In this document: positions 30,554-39,448 of the stretch, in pieces | Layout: every line of letters begins with the position of its first letter | How positions within the stretch are numbered: the first letter of the stretch is position 1 | IMG/VR virus record: IMGVR_UViG_3300042691_026427 | Coordinates: 85,249 to 149,248 of that record | From: a virus | Direction: 5' to 3' (one strand) | Length of the DNA: 64,000 nucleotides | Translations under genes and position numbers: made by a program | Notes under the pieces: model-generated | Seen by the model: only the letters and a program-made list of their open reading frames with translations | Database searches by the model: none | What the model was told of the DNA's origin: nothing

Positions 30554-31646
30554 ACGGAAGTGTACCCATTGCGTTTACTACTTCAAGGGCATTCTTTGCA
30601 ACTAGACAATCTTTTACATTATGAACATCCATTAGATGCAAAATACCACGATCAACACACGATCCTAAGAAAGGGCAGTCACCACATTCAGTCTTATCTC
30701 CGACATTAGAATACTGTGCTAATTGAACTGTCTGTTCAAAATTTTCAAAGTCTGTAGCGTGATGATTAGGTGTTGGAATTTTTAAGTCATCAATAAAACT
30801 AGCATATCGTTCATACAGTAATGGTGAGTAATAAAATTCTCCATTCTTCCAATTGTATTGTTTTTCAACTAGCGAATCAGATAGTCGTCCAAACGAAAAT
30901 CTTAGATAGTTATTTTTTTCATTAGTTACTACAGAATCATTAAACATTTTTTTAATTCGTTCTGCTGAATTAAAAAATTCTTCTGTAGTTAATTTCTCGT
31001 CTTTTCTTCCAAAAGAAAAATTAAAATCAATTGTGGTTTCGAATAAATGATTTACTCTCTTGTGTAGGTAATCATAATTTTTTAAGAGATCAGATATTTT
31101 AGTATTATCATAGTCGTAAACGTTCATAATGCCAAATGATCTTAGCTTTGTAGGCCAGTTCATCAATCGAATTACTTCTTCTTGATTTTTCTTAATTGTT
31201 TCTAAGTATTTGTCATTTTCTATCTGTTCAGGTTCGATAATGACATTGATTTCTAATTCGAGATTTGAATAATGATCTCTCAACACATCGGCAATTAAAC
31301 TGGCCTTGCTGATGTCTAAGTAAGTTGTTTGAAAAGATAATCTTTTAAATTTATTGAATATCTCTATAATTCTCTTGTCTGTTAGTAATGCATATGCATT
31401 TTTTGCTGAAAGGAAATCAGTAGGGCCAACAAATGCAATGAACGGACTGTAATAATTGCCAGTGTTAAATGAATTTAAAACATTTTTTAAATCTTCATAG
31501 TGTGCATCTGTAAGAGGTTCTGCACCTTCTTTGTTTACATGACATCCTTTGCAATTCCACTGACAGCCATTTAATAATTCAAAATTTAAATTAAAATAAA
31601 ATGTATAGGAATCATTTAAATTACCAGAAGCAAGATAGGCATCCAT
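30543..31646 (-). CDS. Divergent radical SAM protein (PTD in place of the GGE motif) with C-terminal Cys cluster
   Basis: CQWNCKGC, 'VGPTDFL', 'CGDCPFLGSC...C'. Confidence 0.8.
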   Translation of the reverse strand: MDAYLASGNLNDSYTFYFNLNFELLNGCQWNCKGCHVNKEGAEPLTDAHYEDLKNVLNSFNTGNYYSPFIAFVGPTDFLSAKNAYALLTDKRIIEIFNKFKRLSFQTTYLDISKASLIADVLRDHYSNLELEINVIIEPEQIENDKYLETIKKNQEEVIRLMNWPTKLRSFGIMNVYDYDNTKISDLLKNYDYLHKRVNHLFETTIDFNFSFGRKDEKLTTEEFFNSAERIKKMFNDSVVTNEKNNYLRFSFGRLSDSLVEKQYNWKNGEFYYSPLLYERYASFIDDLKIPTPNHHATDFENFEQTVQLAQYSNVGDKTECGDCPFLGSCVDRGILHLMDVHNVKDCLVAKNALEVVNAMGTLPYGN

Positions 31647-32366
31647 TTATTCTACTCCAAATACTTCTTCCGGATTTAGCGGAATTTCTTTGTTTATCAT
31701 TTGATACAATAAGGGAACAAACATATTTAAATCATTATTATAGTAGTCAAATAACGATTTTCCCTTAAACATGTGTGCTTCAAATTGTTGAGTAAAATAC
31801 GTTAAACTTAAAGGTCTGTCTACTGAAAAGTATATTTCTAAAAAGCCTGGCAAACTAAAAAGATTAACAACATTTAATCCAACATAATGGGGATCATCAA
31901 TATTTTCAAAGTTCTCTTTAACATTAAGTTCTGCGTTTAAGTCTTCAAAACTTTTAATTAGAAACAACATAGTAGAATCAATAAAATGAATCCAACGACC
32001 TACTAAACTTTCATTCTTAGTAATAAATTCTTCACACTCTTCTTTGGATAGCAAGCTCTTTCCATAATTTGCATCAGGATAAATGGCTTGTAAGATAATT
32101 TGAGCCGCAGCAACATTCAGATATGCAATGTTCGAAACACTGTTCCCCCCAAAATAAGCTTCAATTAATTCAAACTTTTGTTCTTTGGTTACTGACTCAT
32201 TTAGAACCAAGTCAGAAGGAATATCTAAATTTGAGAGGTATACTAACAGTACTTTTCCTTGAATTTTTGACTGTTGGTAATCTACCATAAAGAATGTATT
32301 TTTATCTTTAAAGTACTCTTTGATTTGATCAATTGGTATTGGTGCAATCGTCTGAACGTAATTCAT
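31647..32366 (-). CDS. Hypothetical protein in the rSAM operon
   Basis: 'TIAPIPID..K.YF.DK...F..DY..SK..GK..LVYLSNLDIP'; coupled to its neighbours. Confidence 0.72.
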   Translation of the reverse strand: MNYVQTIAPIPIDQIKEYFKDKNTFFMVDYQQSKIQGKVLLVYLSNLDIPSDLVLNESVTKEQKFELIEAYFGGNSVSNIAYLNVAAAQIILQAIYPDANYGKSLLSKEECEEFITKNESLVGRWIHFIDSTMLFLIKSFEDLNAELNVKENFENIDDPHYVGLNVVNLFSLPGFLEIYFSVDRPLSLTYFTQQFEAHMFKGKSLFDYYNNDLNMFVPLLYQMINKEIPLNPEEVFGVE

Positions 32367-33480
32367 TATAATTTTTCCTAAGTTCTGTTAAATTTTGTTT
32401 TGCTTTTGTTTCGTATAGTTGTATAAAGGTAGATTTGTTATTTCTAATCCTCGATATAACTTTTTTCGACAACGGGCATTCATCGCTGTCATCAAACAGA
32501 CTTGCATCACAATTTCCGCCGCAAATATCATAATGTTCACATGTGAAGCACATTTCATGTTGTGTCATTTCGGCTAATTTATTTATAATGACATCTACGG
32601 CCTTGGTTTGAAATGTATCCCAGTCGTTTACCATTTCATCAACTGTAGATACAGGTTCAACATAAGTCTTGTCGGGGCAAAATCCAACAGTACCATTTGG
32701 ATTTAACGTAAATGTTCTTTTATCGCAACAATTACATTTACAATCAAACATTTGACCGCTCAATAGAGTTTTGGTGAATAGATCTACTTGTGGTAAGCAC
32801 CAAGTAGTTTCATTATGTTGGTAATATTCAACCAAAGTATCTAACCAATTTGCCCATTTGATATTATTTGGTTTTAAACTTCTTGTCTGTTCATCAAACG
32901 TAGTGAGCAATTCAAAGTCTATAGAATCAACTCCATCAAATAGTTTTACAATTTCGAGAGGATCATAATTTAAAAGATATTTCTGTGCTGTGATAGATAT
33001 ATGCACTTTTATACCTGCATCTATTAATTTTTTTAAATTACCAAAGAATAAATCTTCTTGCTCATGTTTTTTATTAATTGCAATAGATCCAAATCTTATA
33101 TCAGCGTCCCAACTTACTCCAATAGTTGATCTATATTCATCCTTAATAAATTGAATAAATGTATCGTCTACCTTATAGAGTAAATTGGTTTGGGGTACAA
33201 TGTCCATCGGCATTGAGCCAAAAGTATTTCTTATTATTTCATTTACTTTAACTAAATGTTCGTAAGGTGATAAAAATGTCTCGCCACCATGTATGTAAAA
33301 AGTAGCCTTGGCAGGATCAACATTTTTTTTAATTGAGGTTAGAAATTTTTCAATGTAACCTAAATCAGTAAGCATATAGGGATCTTTGTCTCCTAATGTA
33401 AAACAGTGAGTACAATTTAAATTGCAACCCTGTATCACTCTTAGATAGATTACATTGAATTCGTTTGAAAAAACGTTCAT
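32329..33480 (-). CDS. Radical SAM/SPASM enzyme
   Basis: CNLNCTHC, HGGET, 'CKCNCC...FCP...CFTCEHYDICGGNC...CP'. Confidence 0.92.
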   Translation of the reverse strand: MNVFSNEFNVIYLRVIQGCNLNCTHCFTLGDKDPYMLTDLGYIEKFLTSIKKNVDPAKATFYIHGGETFLSPYEHLVKVNEIIRNTFGSMPMDIVPQTNLLYKVDDTFIQFIKDEYRSTIGVSWDADIRFGSIAINKKHEQEDLFFGNLKKLIDAGIKVHISITAQKYLLNYDPLEIVKLFDGVDSIDFELLTTFDEQTRSLKPNNIKWANWLDTLVEYYQHNETTWCLPQVDLFTKTLLSGQMFDCKCNCCDKRTFTLNPNGTVGFCPDKTYVEPVSTVDEMVNDWDTFQTKAVDVIINKLAEMTQHEMCFTCEHYDICGGNCDASLFDDSDECPLSKKVISRIRNNKSTFIQLYETKAKQNLTELRKNYNELRSDDCTNTN

Positions 33481-34349
33481 AACTTCGGCTTGCTTGCCAC
33501 AATAAAATAATAGTTAAGTTTATTGTTTTTATGATTTTCTATAAAATATTCTTCAATGCCACTTTTAAGTTCCCACTGAGATCTCAATTCCCAATAAGGT
33601 ACCAAATCTTTAGTTCTATCTTCAGTAAAAATTAAGTTTAAGCCTGAGTTAACTATTGCAGTTTCGTATTCATTAATACCATGCATGGTAGATGCGTAAT
33701 GATCGTTAATAGGTTCAATAAATTCATTAAAATTATTAGTGTCTAGATTGTCGTTAAAACACCAAGTGGCAATTACAAAGCGGCCACCGGGTTCTAAAAC
33801 TCTGTATACTTCCTTAAACAACATGTCAAGTTCTAATGCATATTGAGTAACTTCGCAGCAATATGCATGACTAAAAGTAGCATCAGCATAGGGAATACTT
33901 AGAAAATTAGCCTGTCTAACTTCTGCTCTATCTTGTAAATTTCTTTTTTCTATTTCGTCTTTACAAAAATTAGTTTGATACTCAGTTAAATTTACACCAT
34001 CGACTTTGACATTTGAAAACTTTTCTATAATCCTAAACATGGTGCCTCCGCGTCCGCAGCCCAAGTCAATGACTCGTTGTGGTGTACCAAATAGTTTATC
34101 AAACTGTAAAAATGTTATTAAGTGACTAGTCAGTTTGTTTTCTTGTCGTTGGACTTCTGCTGTAATTTCTTCTGTAGTTGCAGTAGTAGCATCTATTTCA
34201 GTAGGGCCTAAGCCAAAGTGATGATGAACAAAACCATCAACTGCTTGTAGCAAGTTTCTATCATTCTTTTTATTGTTATAATAATCAAATACCGCAGTAC
34301 TAAGCGTGTTTTGAGTTTGGGTATGATCGTTGTTAAATTTTGTATACAT
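33477..34349 (-). CDS. SAM-dependent methyltransferase resembling geranyl diphosphate 2-C-methyltransferase
   Basis: 'VDGFVHHHFGLG', 'DLGCGRGGTM', 'INDHY...H...EY', 'PYWELR.....SGIE..FIE' match the GPPMT family signature as recalled. Confidence 0.8.
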   Translation of the reverse strand: MYTKFNNDHTQTQNTLSTAVFDYYNNKKNDRNLLQAVDGFVHHHFGLGPTEIDATTATTEEITAEVQRQENKLTSHLITFLQFDKLFGTPQRVIDLGCGRGGTMFRIIEKFSNVKVDGVNLTEYQTNFCKDEIEKRNLQDRAEVRQANFLSIPYADATFSHAYCCEVTQYALELDMLFKEVYRVLEPGGRFVIATWCFNDNLDTNNFNEFIEPINDHYASTMHGINEYETAIVNSGLNLIFTEDRTKDLVPYWELRSQWELKSGIEEYFIENHKNNKLNYYFIVASKPKL

Positions 34350-34970
34350 TTAAATTTCCAGTAGTGCTTTTGCGTCTGTTGCAAAAGAATATCGTGTGCC
34401 AATAAAAGGTTTTGCCCTATGCCAAACATCCGACGCCATTACTATCATAGTATACGGGATAGGAGCATATTTGTAAACCGGATTTAAATTTTCAGGCAAC
34501 CAAACATGTGATAACGGGTTTTCTTTTAAATCTTCATAGAATTCAAAACATCCGTTATCCATTCCAATAGTATCATCTTGTTTGATATATAATACTGTGG
34601 TCACGTCACCGATTTCATCTGCTCTTAAAAAAGGTTGCCAGTGACGATGTATACGTTGGCCTTGCCAACTGTTAGGAGTGTTGAGCCATGAATCCTTGTC
34701 TAGATAATAGTTCTGGCCTTTGCCAGCAAATCTAGGATGCACCGTATCTAGAAAATCAAAAATAATGCTGTCTATTACAGCTTCAAACATCTTCACTTCT
34801 GGTGTATTTGTTTCCCAGACGTTTAATTTGTTTTTTTCATCATCGGGTCCCAAAAAATACATTTGCGTATTGTCAATTAACGAATTACAAAATGGTTCTA
34901 TAAGTTCTTTGTAATCATTTAAATCATATATCATTGCATTAAAGTTAGGAACTTTAAATTTGTTTGTCAA
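34350..34970 (-). CDS. 2OG-Fe(II) oxygenase-like protein
   Basis: 'IHRH...TVLYI...GCFEF...WHRAKPF.G.RYSFA' double-stranded beta-helix pattern. Confidence 0.75.
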   Translation of the reverse strand: MTNKFKVPNFNAMIYDLNDYKELIEPFCNSLIDNTQMYFLGPDDEKNKLNVWETNTPEVKMFEAVIDSIIFDFLDTVHPRFAGKGQNYYLDKDSWLNTPNSWQGQRIHRHWQPFLRADEIGDVTTVLYIKQDDTIGMDNGCFEFYEDLKENPLSHVWLPENLNPVYKYAPIPYTMIVMASDVWHRAKPFIGTRYSFATDAKALLEI

Positions 34971-35656
34971 TTTTGAACCTCATCAAATACAGTAGATTTC
35001 ATCAAGGGGTCGGCAGGATAGTAATATAACTTTAACTTCAATGGTTGATAGGTAGTTGCGTTATATGTCAAACCAAACACCTTCATAAAAGTAGTGTCTT
35101 TGCAAAATTCTTTAACAGATTCGATGAACGGAATTGGAAGATTATAAAAATTTGCAACTGTTTCAACATTTTGATGCATAAAATATAAATCTTTCTTTTC
35201 GGGATTAACGCTGATACCTTGTCCCCAGTGACTTAATATTTGACTTCCTGCAACTATCATCGGCTGTGTATGTTTCCACAGATCTAAATCATAAAATTTT
35301 GGAACCTGTTGTTTGCTATCTAAAAAATAATTGATACAATAATCGTCATGTGGTCTAACGATATTAATGTTAAATTTGTTGCAATCGATCCTTCCTCCGG
35401 AATATACAGCCATGAACTTGTGTTCGGTATAGTTTATACCATCTGCAGGTTGGAAACTAAATTGTTGCAATTTTTCTAAGTTCACACCTTCATTAAAGAT
35501 AGAACCCATAACATCAATATAGGCGAACAAATAATCGTCTGGAACTTTTTTAGAATTAAACAAGTTCTCTTCTACTTTGTTACCTACGATTGTTATCTCT
35601 TCGGCATGTTGATTTATTTCTTTGCTTATTTCTTTAAAAAAGTCAATACTATTCAT
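34967..35656 (-). CDS. Hypothetical protein, possibly ABBA/PT-barrel prenyltransferase-like
   Basis: Beta-hairpin-like motifs 'GISVNPEKKDLYF' and 'FGLTYN...LKLKLYYY'. The ORF is solid; the function is speculative. Confidence 0.5.
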   Translation of the reverse strand: MNSIDFFKEISKEINQHAEEITIVGNKVEENLFNSKKVPDDYLFAYIDVMGSIFNEGVNLEKLQQFSFQPADGINYTEHKFMAVYSGGRIDCNKFNINIVRPHDDYCINYFLDSKQQVPKFYDLDLWKHTQPMIVAGSQILSHWGQGISVNPEKKDLYFMHQNVETVANFYNLPIPFIESVKEFCKDTTFMKVFGLTYNATTYQPLKLKLYYYPADPLMKSTVFDEVQN

Positions 35657-35662
35657 AGTACA

Positions 35663-36715
35663 TTAGTAAAGTCTAAATGGAGCCAAATCTGCTGTTAAAT
35701 TTTGTCTCTTTTTTCTATAGCAATAAGTTGAAAATATTTGATTAGATTTTTCTCTAAATAATTCAAATGTATAAAGACACCCAAAGTTTCTATTGATGTC
35801 TCGATGTAGTAATCCTTCCCAATCTTCAGCCATAAGCATTTGGTTTACTTCAAACATATCTTCATTACCTGTATGATCGGGCACCCATATTCTTTCTAAG
35901 GAATGCCATTGATTAACAAGATTGTTGTAATCATAGTTAGAAGTAATGTAGGAAGGTTCTGCTGAGAAATTCTCATCAACCATCCAATTTAACGTTGAGC
36001 TGTTTTTCAATTGGTCTTCGACGTTACCTATTTCAAAGTTGCTGTCAGGGTCTATTACACCCATGTCTAAGAATCCAAACATCGTTTCTAATCTTAGTTG
36101 CTCCAACTCATCTCGCCAGTTGTCAATACTAATGATTCTAACACGGTCTAGTATTTCTTCTTTGCATAGACTTTCTTCACCATGATATAGATAGTCGGGC
36201 AAAAGATATTCGAACGAAACATCCTGTTTATTAATGACATTTCTTAAAAAATTAGAAACTGGTTGAGCATCGTATATAACTTTGAATTCTTCGAATGATT
36301 TCATCTTAAAAGTATCTCTTACCATTTGATGTCGCGTATCGGGTGCATTAACTTGTATATAGGATCTTACTCGCACACTTTCAACCATTGATTTATACAG
36401 GAGGTAAACATCTTGCTCTGAAGCATATTGAAATATACTTTTTGCATATTGTATTAACAATCTCTCAGTAACATCGGTTTTTAAATAGGCGATAAGTTTG
36501 TGATCAGCTTCGTACATATATTGCCAAAATTGTTCAACATCGTTTTCAAAATTGTTTGCCAATAACTCGTCAAATGTGCCAACTGACGGCAGTATACAAA
36601 TATCTGTTGGCATTGGAAAGAGATTGTATAAATCGGTTGCCATTAACATTTTGTAACCAATACTGTCGAATTTATAATCAAATTCTAAATAAGCTCTTTT
36701 AAATAAGTGAAACAT
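35663..36715 (-). CDS. Hypothetical protein (350 aa); paralog of 28881..29813
   Basis: ATG at 36715 overlaps the upstream TAA (TAATG); starts MFHLFKRAYL. Confidence 0.75.
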   Translation of the reverse strand: MFHLFKRAYLEFDYKFDSIGYKMLMATDLYNLFPMPTDICILPSVGTFDELLANNFENDVEQFWQYMYEADHKLIAYLKTDVTERLLIQYAKSIFQYASEQDVYLLYKSMVESVRVRSYIQVNAPDTRHQMVRDTFKMKSFEEFKVIYDAQPVSNFLRNVINKQDVSFEYLLPDYLYHGEESLCKEEILDRVRIISIDNWRDELEQLRLETMFGFLDMGVIDPDSNFEIGNVEDQLKNSSTLNWMVDENFSAEPSYITSNYDYNNLVNQWHSLERIWVPDHTGNEDMFEVNQMLMAEDWEGLLHRDINRNFGCLYTFELFREKSNQIFSTYCYRKKRQNLTADLAPFRLY

Positions 36716-37377
36716 TATCTTCTTCCTCTTGATCCGTGGCAATTATTATGGCACGATGAATGACACACACGTAAATCAACTGTTCCTATTGAACCTCTTA
36801 GTGCAGTAACTGCGGCAGCTAAATTAGTATAAAAATTGTTGATATTGGCTGCAGAAATAGTAGCATTTGTACTTGGTTCAGATGATACGAACCCTACAGA
36901 TTGCAAATAATTATTATTAAGATGGGCTTGGCCATAAGTTAATAAAACTGTTCCGGAGAAAAAGGGGATGTTTGCATTGTCTGACGGTACGCCAGTTTGA
37001 GTATATTGACCGTTAAAATATTGAGTATAATAAAGGCCCCAAACAGCTGGACGTAATCTAGTAGTAGCATTGGCAAATGCTTTGCACATATTAACAATTA
37101 AACTGGCGTTTATTGTCAAACCGGATGCTCCTGAACCAGGTAGATTAGAAGTCGTTGGATATGCGTATGTATTCGTACCTAACTCACTTAACCTTGCAGA
37201 GAGGTATGCTCCTGTCCAGCCGATAACAGTACCGTTGTCCCACATTCTAACGTTAATTACTGGAACGTTGTAGTAGTGTATGCTTCCACTAGGGTCCATT
37301 CGCGAGGTATTCATCACTGTTGCAATAAAGTCATTAACTACGCTGGCTTTGGTTATAACTTGTCCTGTAGATGCCAT
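36715..37377 (-). CDS. Candidate substrate of the rSAM cluster: virion-like protein with C-terminal CHSSCHNNCHGSRGRR
   Basis: S/T/N/G/A-rich body with three 'I.(A/K)..+.N' repeats, then (CHxx)3-RGRR; sits between rSAM genes. Confidence 0.7.
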   Translation of the reverse strand: MASTGQVITKASVVNDFIATVMNTSRMDPSGSIHYYNVPVINVRMWDNGTVIGWTGAYLSARLSELGTNTYAYPTTSNLPGSGASGLTINASLIVNMCKAFANATTRLRPAVWGLYYTQYFNGQYTQTGVPSDNANIPFFSGTVLLTYGQAHLNNNYLQSVGFVSSEPSTNATISAANINNFYTNLAAAVTALRGSIGTVDLRVCHSSCHNNCHGSRGRR

Positions 37378-37390
37378 TTATCCGTTCCTT

Positions 37391-38392
37391 TTATTTAATA
37401 TCCAAAAAACAACCCATGTTAAAATCTCTTGCTATAGGAAAATACCCTTTTCCCATGCAGTGGGTTAAATTTTTACAATTGACACATTTGTCTAGTATCA
37501 CGTTATTTATATCATCTATACTGCTGTAAGTTTTAATAAAACCTTCGTAATTTGGAGTCAGCACTCTAAATCGAGGATTATCTATAAAAACGTATTCATC
37601 AAAAGGAATAATAGGAGTTAAAAAAATATCACCCGGTGACCCTAAAAAAGTAAATGCAGGTTTTCGCAACAGTGTTCTGTCGTTGTATTGTTTTGTTGCA
37701 TTCTCTGTACCTAAATAATGATCAGTTATGTCATGTATGGTTCTAATGCTTTCTTGCAACATGTTTGTTTTTTTCTCCAAACTTATATCTGGATTATACA
37801 AAAATGTAAAATTTAGTTCAATTATCTCATCATCGGATAAAAAATCTAACATTTGGTTTAGTTTAACTTTTTCCTTATCGGACAATGTAAATCCGGTATT
37901 GATTGCCAAGTTGATTATAACATCATCGCCGTATGTTTCTTTAATCTTTGCAATTCTAGATTTTATTGTTATTTGATAGTTTATGTCAAACAGTTTTGCT
38001 ATCAATAGATTGACCTGCAATTCAATTTTGGCCAATGGATTATTGTTTTTTACAATTTTAAAAAATTCTGGATCAAACCCTGTTTCTAACGTAGATGCCA
38101 CACCCACATACTCAAACAATGAAACTGTTTCTGCAAATTCTGCATTTTCAAACAGTTTGTAATTGTCCTTGTTATCAAATATATCAGTTGGCAATAGATA
38201 ACAAGTTTCCAATTCATAACCGTTTTTCAACAAGTCTTTGGCCAACGATAACGAAGATGTAAAATCGTTGTAATTATTTTTAGTTCTGTTGTAAAAACAT
38301 CCCCGGCAATCCATGGAACAGTCATTCAATACCAGCATTCTAAATTCTGCCAGTTTGTATGGGTCACCATATCTTTCGTAGGAATTATACAT
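37391..38392 (-). CDS. Divergent radical SAM protein (PTD in place of GGE) with C-terminal Cys cluster
   Basis: CSMDCRGC, 'LLPTDIF', 'CVNCKNLTHC...C'. Confidence 0.8.
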   Translation of the reverse strand: MYNSYERYGDPYKLAEFRMLVLNDCSMDCRGCFYNRTKNNYNDFTSSLSLAKDLLKNGYELETCYLLPTDIFDNKDNYKLFENAEFAETVSLFEYVGVASTLETGFDPEFFKIVKNNNPLAKIELQVNLLIAKLFDINYQITIKSRIAKIKETYGDDVIINLAINTGFTLSDKEKVKLNQMLDFLSDDEIIELNFTFLYNPDISLEKKTNMLQESIRTIHDITDHYLGTENATKQYNDRTLLRKPAFTFLGSPGDIFLTPIIPFDEYVFIDNPRFRVLTPNYEGFIKTYSSIDDINNVILDKCVNCKNLTHCMGKGYFPIARDFNMGCFLDIK

Positions 38393-39440
38393 GATGTACA
38401 GCCTTGATAGGAATTGTAATTCTCTTTGGCTTTGCCAATGCTTTCATCAAACTTTTCGGTGCTCCGCATATATCGTCCTGCCATTCTAGTTGATGACAAT
38501 CGCTGTTGCAGTATTCAAATACTTCGCAAGTATAACATCTAGGATCCCTAGCTCTTTCGCAAGAAATGTTTTCTAATCTCTGGGGACTTGTTAACAAAGA
38601 GGCAATGTCATCATCAATGTGGCCAAATTGATGTTCTGGGGCGCTATTGGGGCAACCAGATATAGTTCCATCAGCATTTAGGGTAAACAGCTTTTCTTCA
38701 CAGTCCCTGCAAAATGTAGCGCCATTGGTAAGTCCAATTTCAAATTTAGCATAGATGCTTTCCATAAATTCGTTACTGAACCATGACCTTGCGTCATGCT
38801 CTACTATCTGATGGTGCATCTTTAAAAACCACTGATCTTGTTCTAAGTTTGTGGGAAATATATGCAAATTTTCTCTTGCGCTGCCGTTCATAGTGAGACG
38901 CTCAAGTGCTAGATCAGTAACGCCTAAATCTCTTATCCATTCCAGCAGATCAATAGGTTCCATGGCAACGGTGCCTCGGGTAACACTGACAAACAGTTTG
39001 ACCTCAACTCCTAGATCAATTAGGGTCTGCAGATTCTTTCGCCATAAGTCGTATTGTTTAGGACTGGCAAATCTTATGTCTGGATCCCAGCTAGTTCCTA
39101 TGCGGCCTCCCAATGGCCCCATGATAAAATCAATCTTGTCCTGTGTTAACTTATAAGTTAAGTTGGTAGTGACACCCCAGCTGCGACTAGCCCATAATTC
39201 CTGGCATTGATCATACACATACTGCATCGATGATATATCTGCTAAAAAGGGTTCGCCGCCGTGAAACTCTAAATGTACATGGGGCGCACTAGCTGTTTCA
39301 ACATGTAGACGTTTAAGCCAATCGGCAACCTTTACATGATCCCAATATATCTTTGCGCCTTTGCTGCCGCTAGTAAAACAGTGCAGGCAATTGAGATTAC
39401 AGGTTTCTGTAGTCTTGAGGTAAATCATTAATTCTTTCAT
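38385..39440 (-). CDS. Radical SAM/SPASM enzyme
   Basis: CNLNCLHC, FHGGEP, 'CRDC...GCPN...CYTCEVFEYCNSDC...C'. Confidence 0.93.
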   Translation of the reverse strand: MKELMIYLKTTETCNLNCLHCFTSGSKGAKIYWDHVKVADWLKRLHVETASAPHVHLEFHGGEPFLADISSMQYVYDQCQELWASRSWGVTTNLTYKLTQDKIDFIMGPLGGRIGTSWDPDIRFASPKQYDLWRKNLQTLIDLGVEVKLFVSVTRGTVAMEPIDLLEWIRDLGVTDLALERLTMNGSARENLHIFPTNLEQDQWFLKMHHQIVEHDARSWFSNEFMESIYAKFEIGLTNGATFCRDCEEKLFTLNADGTISGCPNSAPEHQFGHIDDDIASLLTSPQRLENISCERARDPRCYTCEVFEYCNSDCHQLEWQDDICGAPKSLMKALAKPKRITIPIKAVHHV

Positions 39441-39448
39441 CAGAATAT

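Noticed and set aside
36715-36765. c-type heme-binding CxxCH motifs in the candidate substrate
   Set aside because: Spacing is CxxxCH (CHSSCH), not CxxCH, and there is no signal peptide
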